64,000 nucleotides of DNA, taken from positions 124,001-188,000 of the forward strand of contig NW_020844755.1 of the NCBI RefSeq assembly GCF_003704095.1, read 5' to 3'. This stretch comes from Pocillopora damicornis (lineage: Eukaryota). Below, in pieces: positions 12,501-34,999 of this stretch; within the stretch, counting starts at the first letter, position 1, and every line of letters begins with the position of its first letter. The translations under genes and the position numbers were made by a program. The notes beneath the pieces were generated by a model. That model had not been told where the DNA came from, made no database searches, and saw only the letters and a list, made by a program, of their open reading frames with translations.

Positions 12501-15500
12501 TTCTCTAATTGTCTTATTTTAAATGTAATTTTGGTTATTCTGTATGATTTTATGAATCTTTACCACATGACTGAATACATACCTGTACCAAATTTTGCTC
12601 TGATTGATAGAGGAGCCTGGATTCTGGCAGTTGCTGAGTCTGTTGGTCCTAAAAGTGTCCGCCACTTTGTAATTGCATTAGCACCTTTCAACTCCATGGC
12701 AACTACAGGACCACTTTCCATGAATTCCACTAAATAGCTAAAACCAGAGCCATTAACCATCAGATATCAGAATGCAGGAAAATTACATAATTTACAGACT
12801 GAAAAATTAGATACTGCCATAGGCTCCTTTCCATAATAAAGCTTGACAGAATAAAAGCTCTAATTACATTTACTTCTGTTAAAACTCATTACTAGATCAT
12901 TTTGTTTCTCTGACTCAGCTTTGAAATTGATGGCAATGGCTGCAGTCTTTAAACAGTCAAACTGACCCCACATCTATAAGTCTGTTTTTTTAATTCTAAT
13001 AATCAATTTTTTCTTGCTGTTGCTACAGCTTTCATTATAAATTTTACACAAGAACTTGCTGTTATTATAATAATATCAACTGGAAAATACATGTAACACC
13101 TAGCTGATACTTTTTCTTAATTATATAGTAGACTTACTCGAAAAAGGGTTTCCCTTTGTGCTCTGAATAGAACAGTGATGCTTCATGCCTACAGAGTATG
13201 GAAATAAAAACTGTCAGGATGAACTTATATTATACTGTTTTTCAGTCAGTCACTAAATATCATTAATACTGAGTCTCCTGACCATCACTTAAATTAGTAT
13301 TTGAATCTGCTCATTATTCAATGTTAGAATGAAAGTTTTATTCAACAAAAAAGTGTTTCTTGAAGTTTATCATCAGATTTACCAAAAGGTTTCCTGCACG
13401 TTGTTGTACTGTACATCTATGCAGTAATAGATCACAGATGACATCAAAATGTGATAAGAACAAGAAAGTGTACACAAGATGCAGTTTATGTCCTTAATTA
13501 CCAAATTTTGACGTGTTATGTGATCAATAAGTGAACCCATGAAAACACGGAATCTATTTGTTTTACAAATAAATAAACAAAATTTTGTTAATTATCTCAG
13601 CTGTGAGTCTGTCCTCTTGTACATCATTTATAAGAACCAATCAAAGCATACAATTCAGCTTATTATACATCTGAAATTTATCTATAATAATAATAATAAT
13701 TGATAGACAGCAATGTCCCAGATTCACCTTGTCAACCTAACCATCTTTGCTTGACAAATGAGGAAGCCTTCTCCATGGATAATGTCAATTATATTCCCTT
13801 AAAATTTTAATAAAAGGCTTTTCAAACCAGTGATTACTTTAAACTGACATGTGTCCCTCATTGAGAACAATATAGCAGACCTCACCATTGTATAACTGGG
13901 TTATTATCACATGGCTGTTTCAATCAGTGATACTGGAAGGATGACATGTACCGGTAGTCAGATCAAACCTTCTTTTTCCCGCCCTTGTGACGAGAAAAAA
14001 ACTTTACCTCTCAATTTCATAACCTAGCCAAAAATTTACCATGATGATCTCTGTTATTCTATTTATGCACATGATGCTTTTGAAAATTCTGATCCCAGCA
14101 GTGTGCTAGATGGATGTCGCACATGGACCTTGTGACGGCTTTTCAGATTTGTAAAGAGTCTCTGTGGCTCAGTGATATGCACAGGAGCATGCAATCTAAG
14201 ACTGAGGTATGATTCTGTGTGGGACTCAGAATCTTTTCCTTACCTATGCTTTTTACAAGACATGAAAAAAATTATTTAAACCTAGCTCCCCATTTATCTC
14301 AGGCAAGCTTAGCCTAAGTAGACCTTAAAATCATAAAAAGATGAACTACATTGTCAAGAAGCCTAAAAACAGATCTTGCCTCAGGAATCTCACCATGAAA
14401 ATCTCCACATATTCTCAGAACTTAAAAGATACTTATAACAACATGGATTAAAAGAATAAAATCATGACATACCCATCTGTGAAACAGCATCTGGTTTTAT
14501 CATAGCTAGTGTTCTGGAGGTAATATGCAAAACATGCATTTATTGTGAGTTACTTTACTAATATTAGGGAACAACAGCTAATTACAAAAAACAAATAAAT
14601 TAAGCCACTCAAATTTTTAATAATATCATTATAACAAAAAATCTGTGTTTCAAACATGAACCATTAACTTTTAACTGGGGTTGTCACAAGAAGCCAAGAA
14701 ATAAATTATTTTGAGACCAAGGATTTACTTACTTTTCATTCTTGTTTCTCAAAAGGTTGGATGTGCGTTCATCGGCATAGTCTGTTATTGACAACTGGAA
14801 TGAGAGATGAGGAAAAAAATAAGGCACCAGTTGACAGTAAATAGTATGAATTTTGCAGTTCAAAACTGTTCAGGTCATTCATTCATTATATACTCCAAGT
14901 TACTAAGAGCTAAGAAGTCTGTGATAATGTCTACTGCAGTGGGCCATTGGACTTGAATGAAGACACAAATACATGCAAACAGCTTTTTAAAAACACAAGC
15001 AAAAATAACCACAAGGTTTGAAACTAACTATCAGTTTTGTAATTAATCAAAACTGTAGTAAAATTTGGTTATCACCAACCCAATTTGAGTACTAAAAGAA
15101 CAGTGTGTGCTGCATGCTTGTAATCAGAGAGTGTAATAGGACAGTTAACACATCATGCCTGCACAATAGGAAAGCACGCATCATGTGTCTGAACTGTTGT
15201 CAAGCAATTTGCAAAGTTAACTTTTGTCTTTTTATGATAATGGGACTTTTTGTTGTCCAATTCCGTCAGTAATCATACTCATGCTTAACAAATCAGACCC
15301 TAGCTATATGATCATCCAATTTTGTTTATCACTCCGAAGGTTACAGACCAAATCAGAATCCCATCAGTCTTATACCATTATTTATCACTAAAAGGTACAG
15401 TTTTTATTTCTGAATGTTGCAAGTACCTGTCGAGAATGAATGTTGACGATGGCTCCTATAAACAGATGCTGAACCTGAAGACCATCTATCATGGATCGTT

Positions 15501-16127
15501 TCAAGAAGAGGCGACGATTTTTTATGTCATACTGCGGAAAAGACATTGTACAATTCAAAACTCGTTAGTAGCAGAGACATACAGTAGAACATCTGTACTG
15601 AGGTACACCACAAATAGATGCACTATCATCTGACAAAATATGGCCATGAAAAGATTCACATGCTCGTTGAAGCTGAGACCAGCGGGAAAAATGTGAGGAA
15701 TGATTTAGGTTGTAACATTCAACTAAACGAAATCGTGGTAAAAAAGTTTACACTAAGGAGAAATCCCAGTTTTTGATACAACATGCGAATGAAAAATCTA
15801 TGCATATATTGATTAACTTCAGAAAAGGATTATGTACACCGATTAAGTGTCATTCTTGCAGAAGAAATCCATCTCGTGTATCGGTGAAAAGTAAAATTGT
15901 AAATGGCATCAGCGTAACATATTCTCACTGATGATTACCATTTCCACAGATGAATCGCTTGGATAGTAAAGAAGTTGGTATTTTCTAATCAGTGAGGCCC
16001 TCGGGTCGTACCATTCGGCTAAAAATGCGTACCGTTCATCTGATGCTGCCTATCGATGCAAAAAAAATATATAGAAACTTAATTTGATATATTTGAGAGC
16101 AAAAAAAATCGCAAAAAAGCTTACCAT
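8441..16127 (-). CDS. NME7: Nucleoside diphosphate kinase 7 (DM10 + two NDK domains), 380 aa, 15 exons
   Basis: Exons 16125-16127 (ATG only), 15939-16049 (AASDERYAFLAEWYDPRASLIRKYQLLYYPSDSSVEM), 15427-15531, 14733-14794, 14473-14513 (TLAMIKPDAV), 13728-13797, 13138-13188, 12583-12737, 12176-12228 (DAAHGSDS), 11550-11652 (CIIKPHA), 10974-11038, 10487-10555, 9321-9422, 8812-8919 (NAVHCTDLPEDG), 8441-8485 (VEYFFKILDNQQRS*). Total 1143 nt, all phases match. Confidence 0.96.
9456..9672. mobile_element. Palindromic Penelope-like non-autonomous element carrying a hammerhead motif
   Basis: Head gtttccaaagaaactgtggtgctgcgtcggtgggagagtat plus inverted arms (gtattatcaactgagttga..gtaaagagttt / aaactctttac..ttatcaa..gataatac). 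Homologous to 57945-58190 and 44555-44755. Confidence 0.6.
9581..9615 (+). ncRNA. Minimal type I hammerhead ribozyme motif
   Basis: CTGACGA (9584-9590), A, stem II GGGC-TAAC-GCTC, GAAA, CG, TC. The 3' strand of stem I is degenerate in this copy. Confidence 0.55.
9856..10453. mobile_element. Nested/tandem cluster of three MITEs (family C interrupted by B, then A)
   Basis: Family C runs 9856-10040, family B is inserted at 10041-10222, the C remainder is 10223-10246, and family A (10243-10453) shares that TTAA. Confidence 0.65.
11063..11255 (-). mobile_element. MITE family B, reverse orientation
   Basis: TTAACCC start; agcatctaatttctcc...gagaataaagg is the reverse complement of the family B core. 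Confidence 0.55.
11805..11992 (-). mobile_element. MITE family B, reverse orientation
   Basis: gagcatctaatttctc..acaaattctctttgtcag..tgcatactga is the reverse complement of the family B core. Confidence 0.55.
14090..14270 (+). mobile_element. Degenerate tRNA-derived SINE-like repeat (related reverse copies near 42990-43140 and 50962-51085)
   Basis: Box A-like gtggctcagtg and box B-like aggtatgattc..gggactcagaat; no intact cloverleaf. Confidence 0.4.
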
Positions 16128-16531
16128 GGTGAATGTTGACGAGCACAATCAAATCCAAACTTTCCTAAGTTTAGATCAAGCGCTCACTCTTGTTTTAGCA
16201 ACGAGCAAGCCTCACTTTCAGGTATCACTAACTCGCCTCCAGTCTCCAGTGTTCACTCTTCACGTCACAGGGTATAGACGAAATTAACGAAGTGAGTTAA
16301 TGTGTGGTGCACGTGTTAATGTTCTTCTTCTAAAAAGGGTTAAACGAACTTTTAATTTTTAAAAAAAGGCTTACGAGAGGCCATTTAGCACTTTTACTAG
16401 AACTACCTCGCGCGGGGTAATTAGTAAGAGTTAGAGCGCAATCAGTAAGAGATAGAGAGCAATCCTTGATCAATCCGAGCGCGAGAAGCTTAATCTATGA
16501 TCACATGAACAAACTCTTGAATCTTATTATT
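16128..16531. promoter_or_regulatory. Bidirectional promoter region between NME7 and the HMT gene
   Basis: Divergent ATGs are only ~400 bp apart. The region contains an X-box-like half site (TTTTAGCAAC, 16193-16202), CACGTCAC (16261), E-box CACGTG (16310-16315) and CGCGCGGG (~16409). Confidence 0.7.
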
Positions 16532-19500
16532 ATGACTGAATGCGTCAACTCAAATGGAGAGGAAAACTTTATTGTACTAGATGGAGGTCTTGGAACAGAA
16601 TTAACAAGGGCTGGATTTAAAATCGATGTACGGTGGTGTAAGATATCTATCTTTTTCTATGAAATGACAATTCTTAACATTATTTTCTTTAAGCAAAATC
16701 AATAAAGAAGATTTAAGTCTGAAAGTCATCGGAGTAAAAAACCTTGGGGCTTTTAGGAGAGAGAATACATGCATATGCCAGTTGATTCGAAGACTTTTTT
16801 TTTCTCAGGATGATCCACTTTGGAGTACCAGAACTCTTATTGAAAATTCAGAGGCAGTGAAAGCTGTCCATAAAAGGTAAGAAACTTTGCAATTTACCGA
16901 CCTAACTTCGTCAAAATGAACTTTTTTAGGTACAGGCTACGATCGGCATTTTGATTGAAGTTTCCCATGAAAATTCCAGCCCATGAGGTTCCTGCCCCCC
17001 CACTTCCCCACAAGCTAATAAAGTTTTGCTTGAGGTACCTTGAGGTGCACTGTAAATGGGTGTGTCCCTTGGTCCTCCCTGTTCACCACTACCCATGCCC
17101 TTGGCCTTTAATTCAGATTGATTTACATCACTAAAAAGAACAAAAATGGATAAAATTTTGTTCCCTTAGCTGGTATAGGAAACTGCCTATAGGTCTCTTA
17201 GGCGAATTATATTCTCAGTACATCCACTAAAAAAAATAGTTTTTGTTTCTTAGTTTCCTTGAAAGTGGGGCTGACATTGTGATAACTGGCACTTATCAGG
17301 TAATCAATCAAACATTGACCAGAAGGTGTTTTGTAGACCATTTATTTTGTGGATAATTTGGTATTTTATGATTGTTTATTTTCTTGAATACAAAAGTTTA
17401 TGTTGGTCGTAACTTGATTTCAAAATGCTCACCCTGTTAACATTTGATTTATGTGTATGCTTTCAGCTCAGCCTGGAGACACTTCATCAACATTGTGATT
17501 TTGATGAGAATAAGGCCTTGGATGTAATTTACAGTAGCGTAAAAATTGCACAGGAAGCTTGTCTTGAAGTTAAAAGGTACTAAAGCTTTCGTTTGAATAT
17601 GAGTCCATGCAATCAGAGAAGAACTATGCCAAAAGCCAACATAGGTTGTGTCTTGAATATGAAATCCTAACAAAAAATTATAATCAAAGAAGGGTTGGTA
17701 TAAATAAATCAATTTCATGTGTGAAAAAAAAAACAGTTCACATAACTTCAGGTGTATACTATATGAATATCATATAACACCTTGATTAAGTTTCATTAAA
17801 CTGTTTTCATGTTTAATAAAGTACATTGGCTGAAAATGAGTACATTTTCATGTAACATCAGTGCAAATTACAAATAGTGTGTGCATGCCTCCAAAACTTC
17901 CTCTGTCTTGAGTCTCTTGATTTTTTTTTGTTTACATTATTAACAAGTAATAACATGATTTCTTTTGCAATTTGGCGTAAAAAGGAAGTAAATTTTTCAA
18001 AGACTGCAAATTGCACTTTCCTTACAGGCTTGTGCAATTCTGTTGTCTTTGAAAAATTTACTTGTGCTTATTAACAACAAATTGCACTCAAAATCATGTT
18101 ATTACTTAAAGATAAAAATTACCTTTTTTCTTTTTACTCATTGTTTATCTAGTAATAATTCTGAATATAAAAGGAGACTGCTGGTTGCTGGATCAGTAGG
18201 TCCATATGGAGCTTGTCAGCATGATTGGTCTGAGTACAGTGGGAATTATGTTGACAACATGACAATCAAGGTAATTAAGACCAGGGTAATTTATGATGGT
18301 TCTCTATAATATTTACGTAACAATTTGTCTAAGTTTGGCCATAGGAAGGAGACATTCACCTTAAACTCTCAAAAATGCTTTATATAACTTTCTTCCTAAA
18401 TTAAATATGTTATAATGATTATCCAGCAAGTTGCTTTCCAATACAAAAGCTTTTGCCTTTGAACTTATCAAATTCTTCGTTATGTTAAATTTGATGTGTT
18501 CACAAAATGCCAATATTATATTATTAAATCAATCAAAGGGAAGGGGTGAGGAATTTCTTACCAGTTCTCAGGAATAAGCTTACCGCTTACTGCTATCTAT
18601 GAAGAAAAATAGCATCACTTAATTTTTTTAGGAACACTCTTTGGAAAAAAATTTTTGAAGAACAGCAGCTTTTAAATTATTTTATTCTGTGATTTAGTTA
18701 TACTTTTGTACTTTTAATTGATCTATCTCTTATCTCCTGTATTTTTATTCGTTATATTATCTCATAGTTATGCCAGAGTTTTTAACATCCGTATTGTACA
18801 TAATTTTAGAGGGCAACTGGTTTGTTAGTATTTTTATACTATTTTAGTGCTACCCTCTTTAAATAAAGTCTTTACTTACTTACTTACTTGCTAATAAAAA
18901 TTTTAATTTTCAATTATGGTTCATGCATGCAAAATAGATCAAATACTTACTCTTTTAACTAAGCAACTGATGGATTGGCACAGGCCCAGAGTGAAAGCAC
19001 TGCTTGAAGCTGGAGTTGACATTCTAGCTCTAGAAACCATTCCTGCTCAGGTACTTTTATATTTTGGATGAATCAGTAATTTCTTATGGCCTAAAAATTA
19101 GAATAAACACAACATGATCAGAAACTGAAATTTAATTTGAAGTGATCAGATTGTGAGAGGTAGATTAAAAAAATGATGAGACCACACAGGCAAACTTAAG
19201 TCAGTACATGCTGTTCCAATAATTTCTCCTAGTACATTAAATAATAGCTTAGCTTCCAGTGAAAATTGATGTGTAAAACTGTAACTTTAACAATCATGTT
19301 GCATTCAAATGTGATCTCTCCAATTGACATGCTGTTCAGAATCTTCTGAAAGTTCATTCAGATAATTAAGCTGTTGTACTAGCCAATTGAAGTTGAAATT
19401 TTTGGGAACTGGCTCCATGTCGAGGAAAGGGTTAACAATAAAGGTACCATCTTTCTGATAATCAGTGTAATATTTTACCTTCCCTTAAGAAAATTGTATT

Positions 19501-22500
19501 CTAGTTCATATTTATTTGCTGATGGCCAGCACAGCACCTTCTAGTAATAAAACCTTTCCAATAACTTAAGGTTACCCTGATAAGTTGGTGGTCCTTTGTA
19601 AACTAACCTCTCTTACTGATTAATAATTTTACTAGAAAGAAGCAGAGGCTCTGATTCAGCTTCTCAAGGAATTTCCTACAGCAAAAGCTTGGCTGTGCTT
19701 TTCATGTAAGGTGTGTGACAATTTGACTACTGTTATGCCTAATGTAGAGGAACAGATTTGCTTTTTTCTATTTTTTTACTGTGCCTTTGATTTTGATATT
19801 GTCCTGACAACTGTAGACTGTTTATGATGTATGATAGAGGGACCATTTACAAGCATAATCATAACCATTACAATTTCCTCAAATGTGATTGGTGAATAGG
19901 CTGCTTTATATTTCACTAATCACTCTGTACAGTTGTAATCAGACAGTTGGCTGTAATCGGACACCTATAATCAGAGAACTGAAACAGCCAATCATACCAA
20001 GTCCACTCAGCTAAATCCACCAATCACAGGATTGATCACAATAACCACAGCAACAACCACTTGCCCTGAAAAGAAAACTGGGAAAATTTCAAATTTTTTG
20101 CTCTAGACGTTTCCTTACTGGAGATGTTTGTCCTAAATGTTTTTTTCTTTCGGAAATTGTAATTATTATGATAAATTGGTAACAGGACTTCGTGTCGTCC
20201 TGTTCTGTCTGTAATCATACTCGTGATTGACAAATCGAACTCCCGCTTCACGGTCGTCTGATTTTGTTAATCACTCGTATGATTACAGACTGAATTGGAC
20301 ACTGTTCTATTAGTGCTCAAATCGGAATGATAGTTACCAATCGCGTTCGCAAATTTTGTGATAGTTTTGACGGTTTGTAAAAGAAATTATAACGCGATTT
20401 CCCAATTGTTTGGTTCGTAAAATGTAGAACGTGTCCGTCTTGGAAGTGGACCTTTTCCGTTCACGAAGTCTGGTCCCTCTTTTTGTGCGTAAGCTTGACT
20501 AGACTCTTTCTGCAGCACTCATGTGTTGACTTCTTCACTATTTTAGAGATCTATTTGGGAGTTTTTGCTTTACGGGAGACATTTTTGGTAACGGCTAATT
20601 CGTCTTGTTCTCTCAAATCATCAAAGAAGTTTCTGTTGCAAAATTTGCTTTTGTAGTAGCTGTGGCTGTCTATTCAAAACGTTTTTCTCTAGCGTAGCTT
20701 GAATCATTTTCTGCATATAAGCTTCTAAACGGTTCATTCTGTTGTCAATAGTAGATTCTGATAGATTGTCAATAATAGATTTGAGGCGCTTCCCGTTTCT
20801 TAAGCTTTTTACGAATTGAGATTAGCTAACACTGAGGGATTGCAACAGGCTGTCATGGCTTTTGGCAAGAAATGCTCATAACGACCATTTTAAATCAGAT
20901 AGTGAACAATGTCATAAAAGGCTACCTTTTTTACTCAGGACCATTTGTTACCCAATTCAGGATCATGGTCACCATCACTGTCGCCTCAACAGTATTACCA
21001 ACTAGTCCTTAGCACTTATGATGCCTTTGCTGAGAACATGCCAGTCATAAGTAATTAGGTCTCTGTTTGACATGCAGGATGAAAGGCACACTTGTCACGG
21101 AGAACTGTTCTCTGAAGTTGTCACTAAAATCGTCTGCCAGTCAGCACAAGTAAGCTACACTCATTCAGTACAGTGTGATCACCGTCCGGATTATTTGTCA
21201 CATTTGAAGTTGGCATTATTTGATATTAAACGTAAATTATAATTATTTCTTATTGCTAGATTGTTGCTGTTGGTGTGAATTGTTCTCCTCCACAATTTGT
21301 AAAGGTGTGTATTTAAATACCTGAATAAATTTCGTACCCAGATCCTATCGTGTTACTGAAGTGCAGGAACCTTACAACTACAGCAACTACTTGACCGCGG
21401 AAGGTCTGGATACGTGACTGTGCCTGAATAGCGACAGTTTGAGGATATTTGTTTCAGAGGAATTTAACTTGAGTTATGTGTTTAATGAACCTCCGCTTGG
21501 TGTAGCGTTTCCCCTCCCACTCCCCTGCCAGTAAGTTTCTTTTTGCAGTTCTTATTGCAGAGCATCCAAGGAAAGGTTGATCTTCCCCTCATTGTTTATC
21601 CTAATGGCTTCGACGGTGGAAAGTGAGTGTTGATTTATTCCATGTTATATTTTCTTTCTTTATCTGTTTGATTGAAAATTAAACCGAATATAAATCATTT
21701 GAATGTGGTTAATATATATTTGAAGGGATACTAGTCCGATAGTAAATACATTGAAGAATACATTCATTTCCATCAATGGTTACAGAGCTATTTACGATCT
21801 TGATGTGATATGGCAGAGGTATTCAATTAAGTGTAATCAGGGATAGTACAGTGGGAGATGTGCTTCAAGACACACCCTTGATATTCCATTTCTGATAAAA
21901 TACGTTCCCATTTTGAATGATTATATTTTATCATAAATGGCGTCCCTTTCCAGTTCAGGGGCGCAGCCATAGGGAGTTCCTTTGCGTATGAGAATCACGA
22001 GTGATCTTCTGTGGGACCATCTACAACCCCAAAACGTTTTTAAGAAGCACCCAGAATCAGTTCTCTATCTCTGGACGTGTACACCGCTAAAAAGACTCAT
22101 TATAATGTTAATGTCACATGACAGCAACGGTTCATACCACCTGAGGAATGCAACTGTAGTGCTTCTCCACCAACAGAAATTTCTATCCCTTCAGATTCGT
22201 CTGGGACGACGATGAACATCAAGTTTTATCTGGTCATGTAATGGAGTGGATAGCAGCTGGCGCTCGTTGGATTGGTGAGGGTGAAGTTGTGGGTACTTCC
22301 CTGTATTTATGTGATAACTTTTAAAACTTCACTTCCTTTCATGGTAAAATAGAGGGGAAATGTGCTCCAACTAGCTAAAGATACTTATTCAAGTTTCCAT
22401 TCATTTGACCTTAAGGCCCCATTCTTCGTGGCCCGCCCTTCCCAAATTATCATGGGGTGTGTCTGAAATTGAAAAGGCGCGTTATGGATAGTGCGGATAG

Positions 22501-23173
22501 GAGCCCGGTTCCCTTAATGTTGTACGGTGAGCGGTAACCCTGCCTCTTGGCCATAAAGACTTCAAGAATGTTAGATCCTTCTATGTTTTCAGTATTTCTC
22601 CGTTCCTTATTTCCCCTCCCTTCTACGGGGAGGGGGGAGTACTTGCGCTCAATTGCCACGAGCTCACTGATCCCCCCCTCCCTTTAAGAATTAATGTATT
22701 CGCCCTCGTTTTTCCCCAATTTTGCGCAAAAATGAAATAAGATTTCACGGAACTCGCACCTTCAAAAAAAAACAAAAAAAAGAAAGTAGGTATTGATACC
22801 CCAACTCCCGTCTGTCATAATTCATGTGGAGGCGTTTAGCCCAACAACTTCGCCTCCAGTTTTCGCCAATTTATCCACCGACAAAATGTGTTTCACAAAG
22901 ACGAAAGCATTCAAGGGTCGTGGATATCATTTAAAAAGATCAATAGTTAAAGCAGGGTGAAGGTGAAGAGGTGGTTTCCTTCAGAAAGATTTCAAGGTAT
23001 TGACTTTCGCTCACTGCATCAGGTATTTCCTCTCCTTGGCATGAAAATGAACATGTCAATTTTACTGTGCGCTAAAAGAGATTTTTTTCTGGGAACGTTT
23101 TGTAGGAGGATGCTGTGGGACGCAGCCGAAGGACATAGCCAAGATAAGAAAGATAGTCGAAAGTATTGGGTAA
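16532..23173 (+). CDS. Homocysteine S-methyltransferase family protein (MmuM/HMT-like, zinc-dependent), 312 aa, 12 exons; an alternative in-frame ATG lies at 16505
   Basis: Exons 16532-16627 (IVLDGGLGTEL), 16809-16876 (DPLWS), 17254-17299 (FLESGADIVITGTYQ), 17467-17576, 18153-18270 (VAGSVGPYGA..DWSEYSGNY), 18964-19050 (WHRPR..GVDILALETIP), 19636-19710, 21078-21149, 21260-21304 (GVNC), 21549-21622 (VYPNG), 22195-22274, 23106-23173 (GGCCGT..DI). All three Zn-ligand Cys are present; 939 nt in frame. Confidence 0.93.
18780..18890 (+). mobile_element. LINE-like 3' tail remnant
   Basis: Hairpin agagggcaac...gctaccctct, then AATAAA and a (TTAC)4 microsatellite tail. Confidence 0.4.
19845..20345. 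repeat. Interspersed repeat with an internal hairpin, related to 15040-15345
   Basis: Shared segments gtaatcatactc(g/a)tg..aacaaatc and inverted actgttctattagtgctcaaat; imperfect hairpin at 20208-20290. Confidence 0.5.
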
Positions 23174-24184
23174 CCATCAACAGATTCGATTTCAGTCTCG
23201 GACTTTATCAAGGCCCTTCGGGTTTTACGTTAATTGCTCCCTGCAAATCTCAGGGACGTGGCGTAAGACGAATTGCTGACTGGACGCGAATCACTTCTCT
23301 TGTTAGTGTCAATGGATTATTTCAGCCAATCGGAAACAAGAACAAGTCAGAAATTTATAATGGAGTTCTTTTTTGCTTTTTGAGTGTCGTAAAACCAAAG
23401 TAATCACAACGACCAATCAGAGGGAAGGAAAATACCTTCAAAGAGCTTAAAGTTTTGCATCTGATTGGTTGAGAGTGGAGTTTCCTAGACCAATCACAGA
23501 GCGAAGTAAAGCAAAAAGAAAATTAATCCTGGATTACTTTTGACACTCAATATTGAAAACTACCCAAAACCTGCCTTAATGTAATCGTGTTGAACAACTC
23601 AGGTGTCCAATACACTTCGCCACTTCTCCTTTCAGAACAAAGTAAGGCTGACACAACTGAAAATTCCGATAATTGTTTTATTTGCGAGAACGTCCTTGCC
23701 AGTATTTGAGTAAGCCAACAGAATATGCACAGTCACAGAAACCAGTTCCATGCACACCAATAACCAAACTTGGTTTTTATCAGATTCCTGACAAGATGCA
23801 CGTAAAATTATTAAGCACACAAATATCTTCTCCGATTAAAAGCTCTTATGTTAAAAAGAAAAACGACATTTTGAGCAGTAACTGTCCCGGGATAAAATAT
23901 CTCTGATTTGTTTTCTTTTCAATCAGGCAATACCAGCAATATCGAACTGCTGCATTCTGCCGTCATCGATATGAAATGGCTCGCAAAATCTTTTCAAGGT
24001 TTCTGAATTTTTTTTCGAGAATGGAATCAACCAATCGGTAAAATGAAGAATAGATTTTCGGTAACAGGACGATCCAGTCATTTGAAAGCAAAGAAATTAA
24101 TAGTGACCGTTTTCCCTCTTGAGAACATAGAATAGATTTCTCGCCGGTTGCCAGGAGTTCTACCGAGAAGCTTCAAGACCTCGT

Positions 24185-33885
<9,701 letters not shown>

Positions 33886-34406
33886 GTAGTGTCAACAGAG
33901 TGTGATCATTAATAAGAAGATGTACGTTGTAATCGTACAAAGTCCACGCGACTTTTGCAACCCGCCGTTAGCATGCGCGCGCATTTCACTAATCACTCCA
34001 CTTTTTTACGCCGTCCAAATCCCAAACCCAGACAGAATTTTCACGACTCAACACGCCTGCGGCAATGTTTCATCTATTTTTAGCCTTGTAATGTTCTGAA
34101 AAAAGGGGTTTGTAAGAGTTCAGTGGAAGCGAACACGTCAGTGAGTGAACGATTCCTCGATCTTTGATCAAGGTCGCTAAAGGACTGTGACGTCATAAAT
34201 AAGTTTGTTCCGGCAGGATCCGGCTGTTACGGCTAACACTTCAAGAGCAGGGGGAGGGTAAACAATTTTGTCAGCGAGGGTGTTACGACTGTAGTGGCTA
34301 TTCTAATAAAATTTTGATATTTTTTAGGCAAGGATTTTTTCTCTCCCTTACTATGTCTCTCCCCGTTTTCAAGATACACGGCACGTGCGTGCGAGAATCG
34401 TGAAAC

Positions 34407-34606
34407 ATGAACTGTATAATGTGGGATAATTACTCTCCCACTTAATAAATCCACTTAATAAATTGGTATGCCATCGTATTTCCATTGTTTTATTTTTTTC
34501 GGTATGGAAGGGCGAACTTCCGTACCGAAAAAATATAAAAATGGAAATACGATGGCATAACAATTTATTAAGCGGAAGAGTGATTATCCCACACGATACA
34601 GTTCAT
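34407..34606. repeat. ~200-bp near-perfect inverted repeat (foldback/MITE)
   Basis: Arms of ~95 bp around the loop ggcgaa (34511-34516); one arm has a 13-nt internal duplication, ccacttaataaat. Confidence 0.85.
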
Positions 34607-34860
34607 TTAAATCATGCCCTAAATCTTGCAACATGACGAAATCAGACAATGAAGTCAATCCACAACTGAAAGCGAAGTCCATTCATCCGTTTGGAGAGAG
34701 GACGAATCAGAGCTTTCTCACATGATTTTGGGCCTGATGGAAGTCCAAGTCCAGCGCGTGTCCTTCATCCGCCATCTTGATCTTGTCTCTTGGGGTTTTT
34801 AAACATTGATTACCGGGATGAAGTGGATTCAATCTTTGACAGGTATTTTCTTACTAGTGC

Positions 34861-34999
34861 TAGACAAGTGCTCGGCTCGATTTCCATCCCTCTCTGGTGT
34901 CCGGTCTTTGCTCCTCTCCGGGTTCGGGGGCAGGGGTAGGGGAGGAGCGCGGGCTCATATTCCAGAACAGCGGCCGATTATCGAGCCTAGACAAGTGCT
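34861..34999. mobile_element. Small TIR element flanked by a 12-bp direct repeat
   Basis: tagacaagtgct at 34861-34872 and 34988-34999 flanks a 115-bp GC-rich insert with ends ggctcgat...atcgagcc. Confidence 0.65.

Noticed and set aside
14160-14235. Possible tRNA gene
   Set aside because: Only degenerate A/B boxes and no cloverleaf; treated as a SINE relic.
22957-23403. 148-aa ORF overlapping the HMT last exon
   Set aside because: It is a different frame from the conserved GGCC exon and has no recognisable motif.
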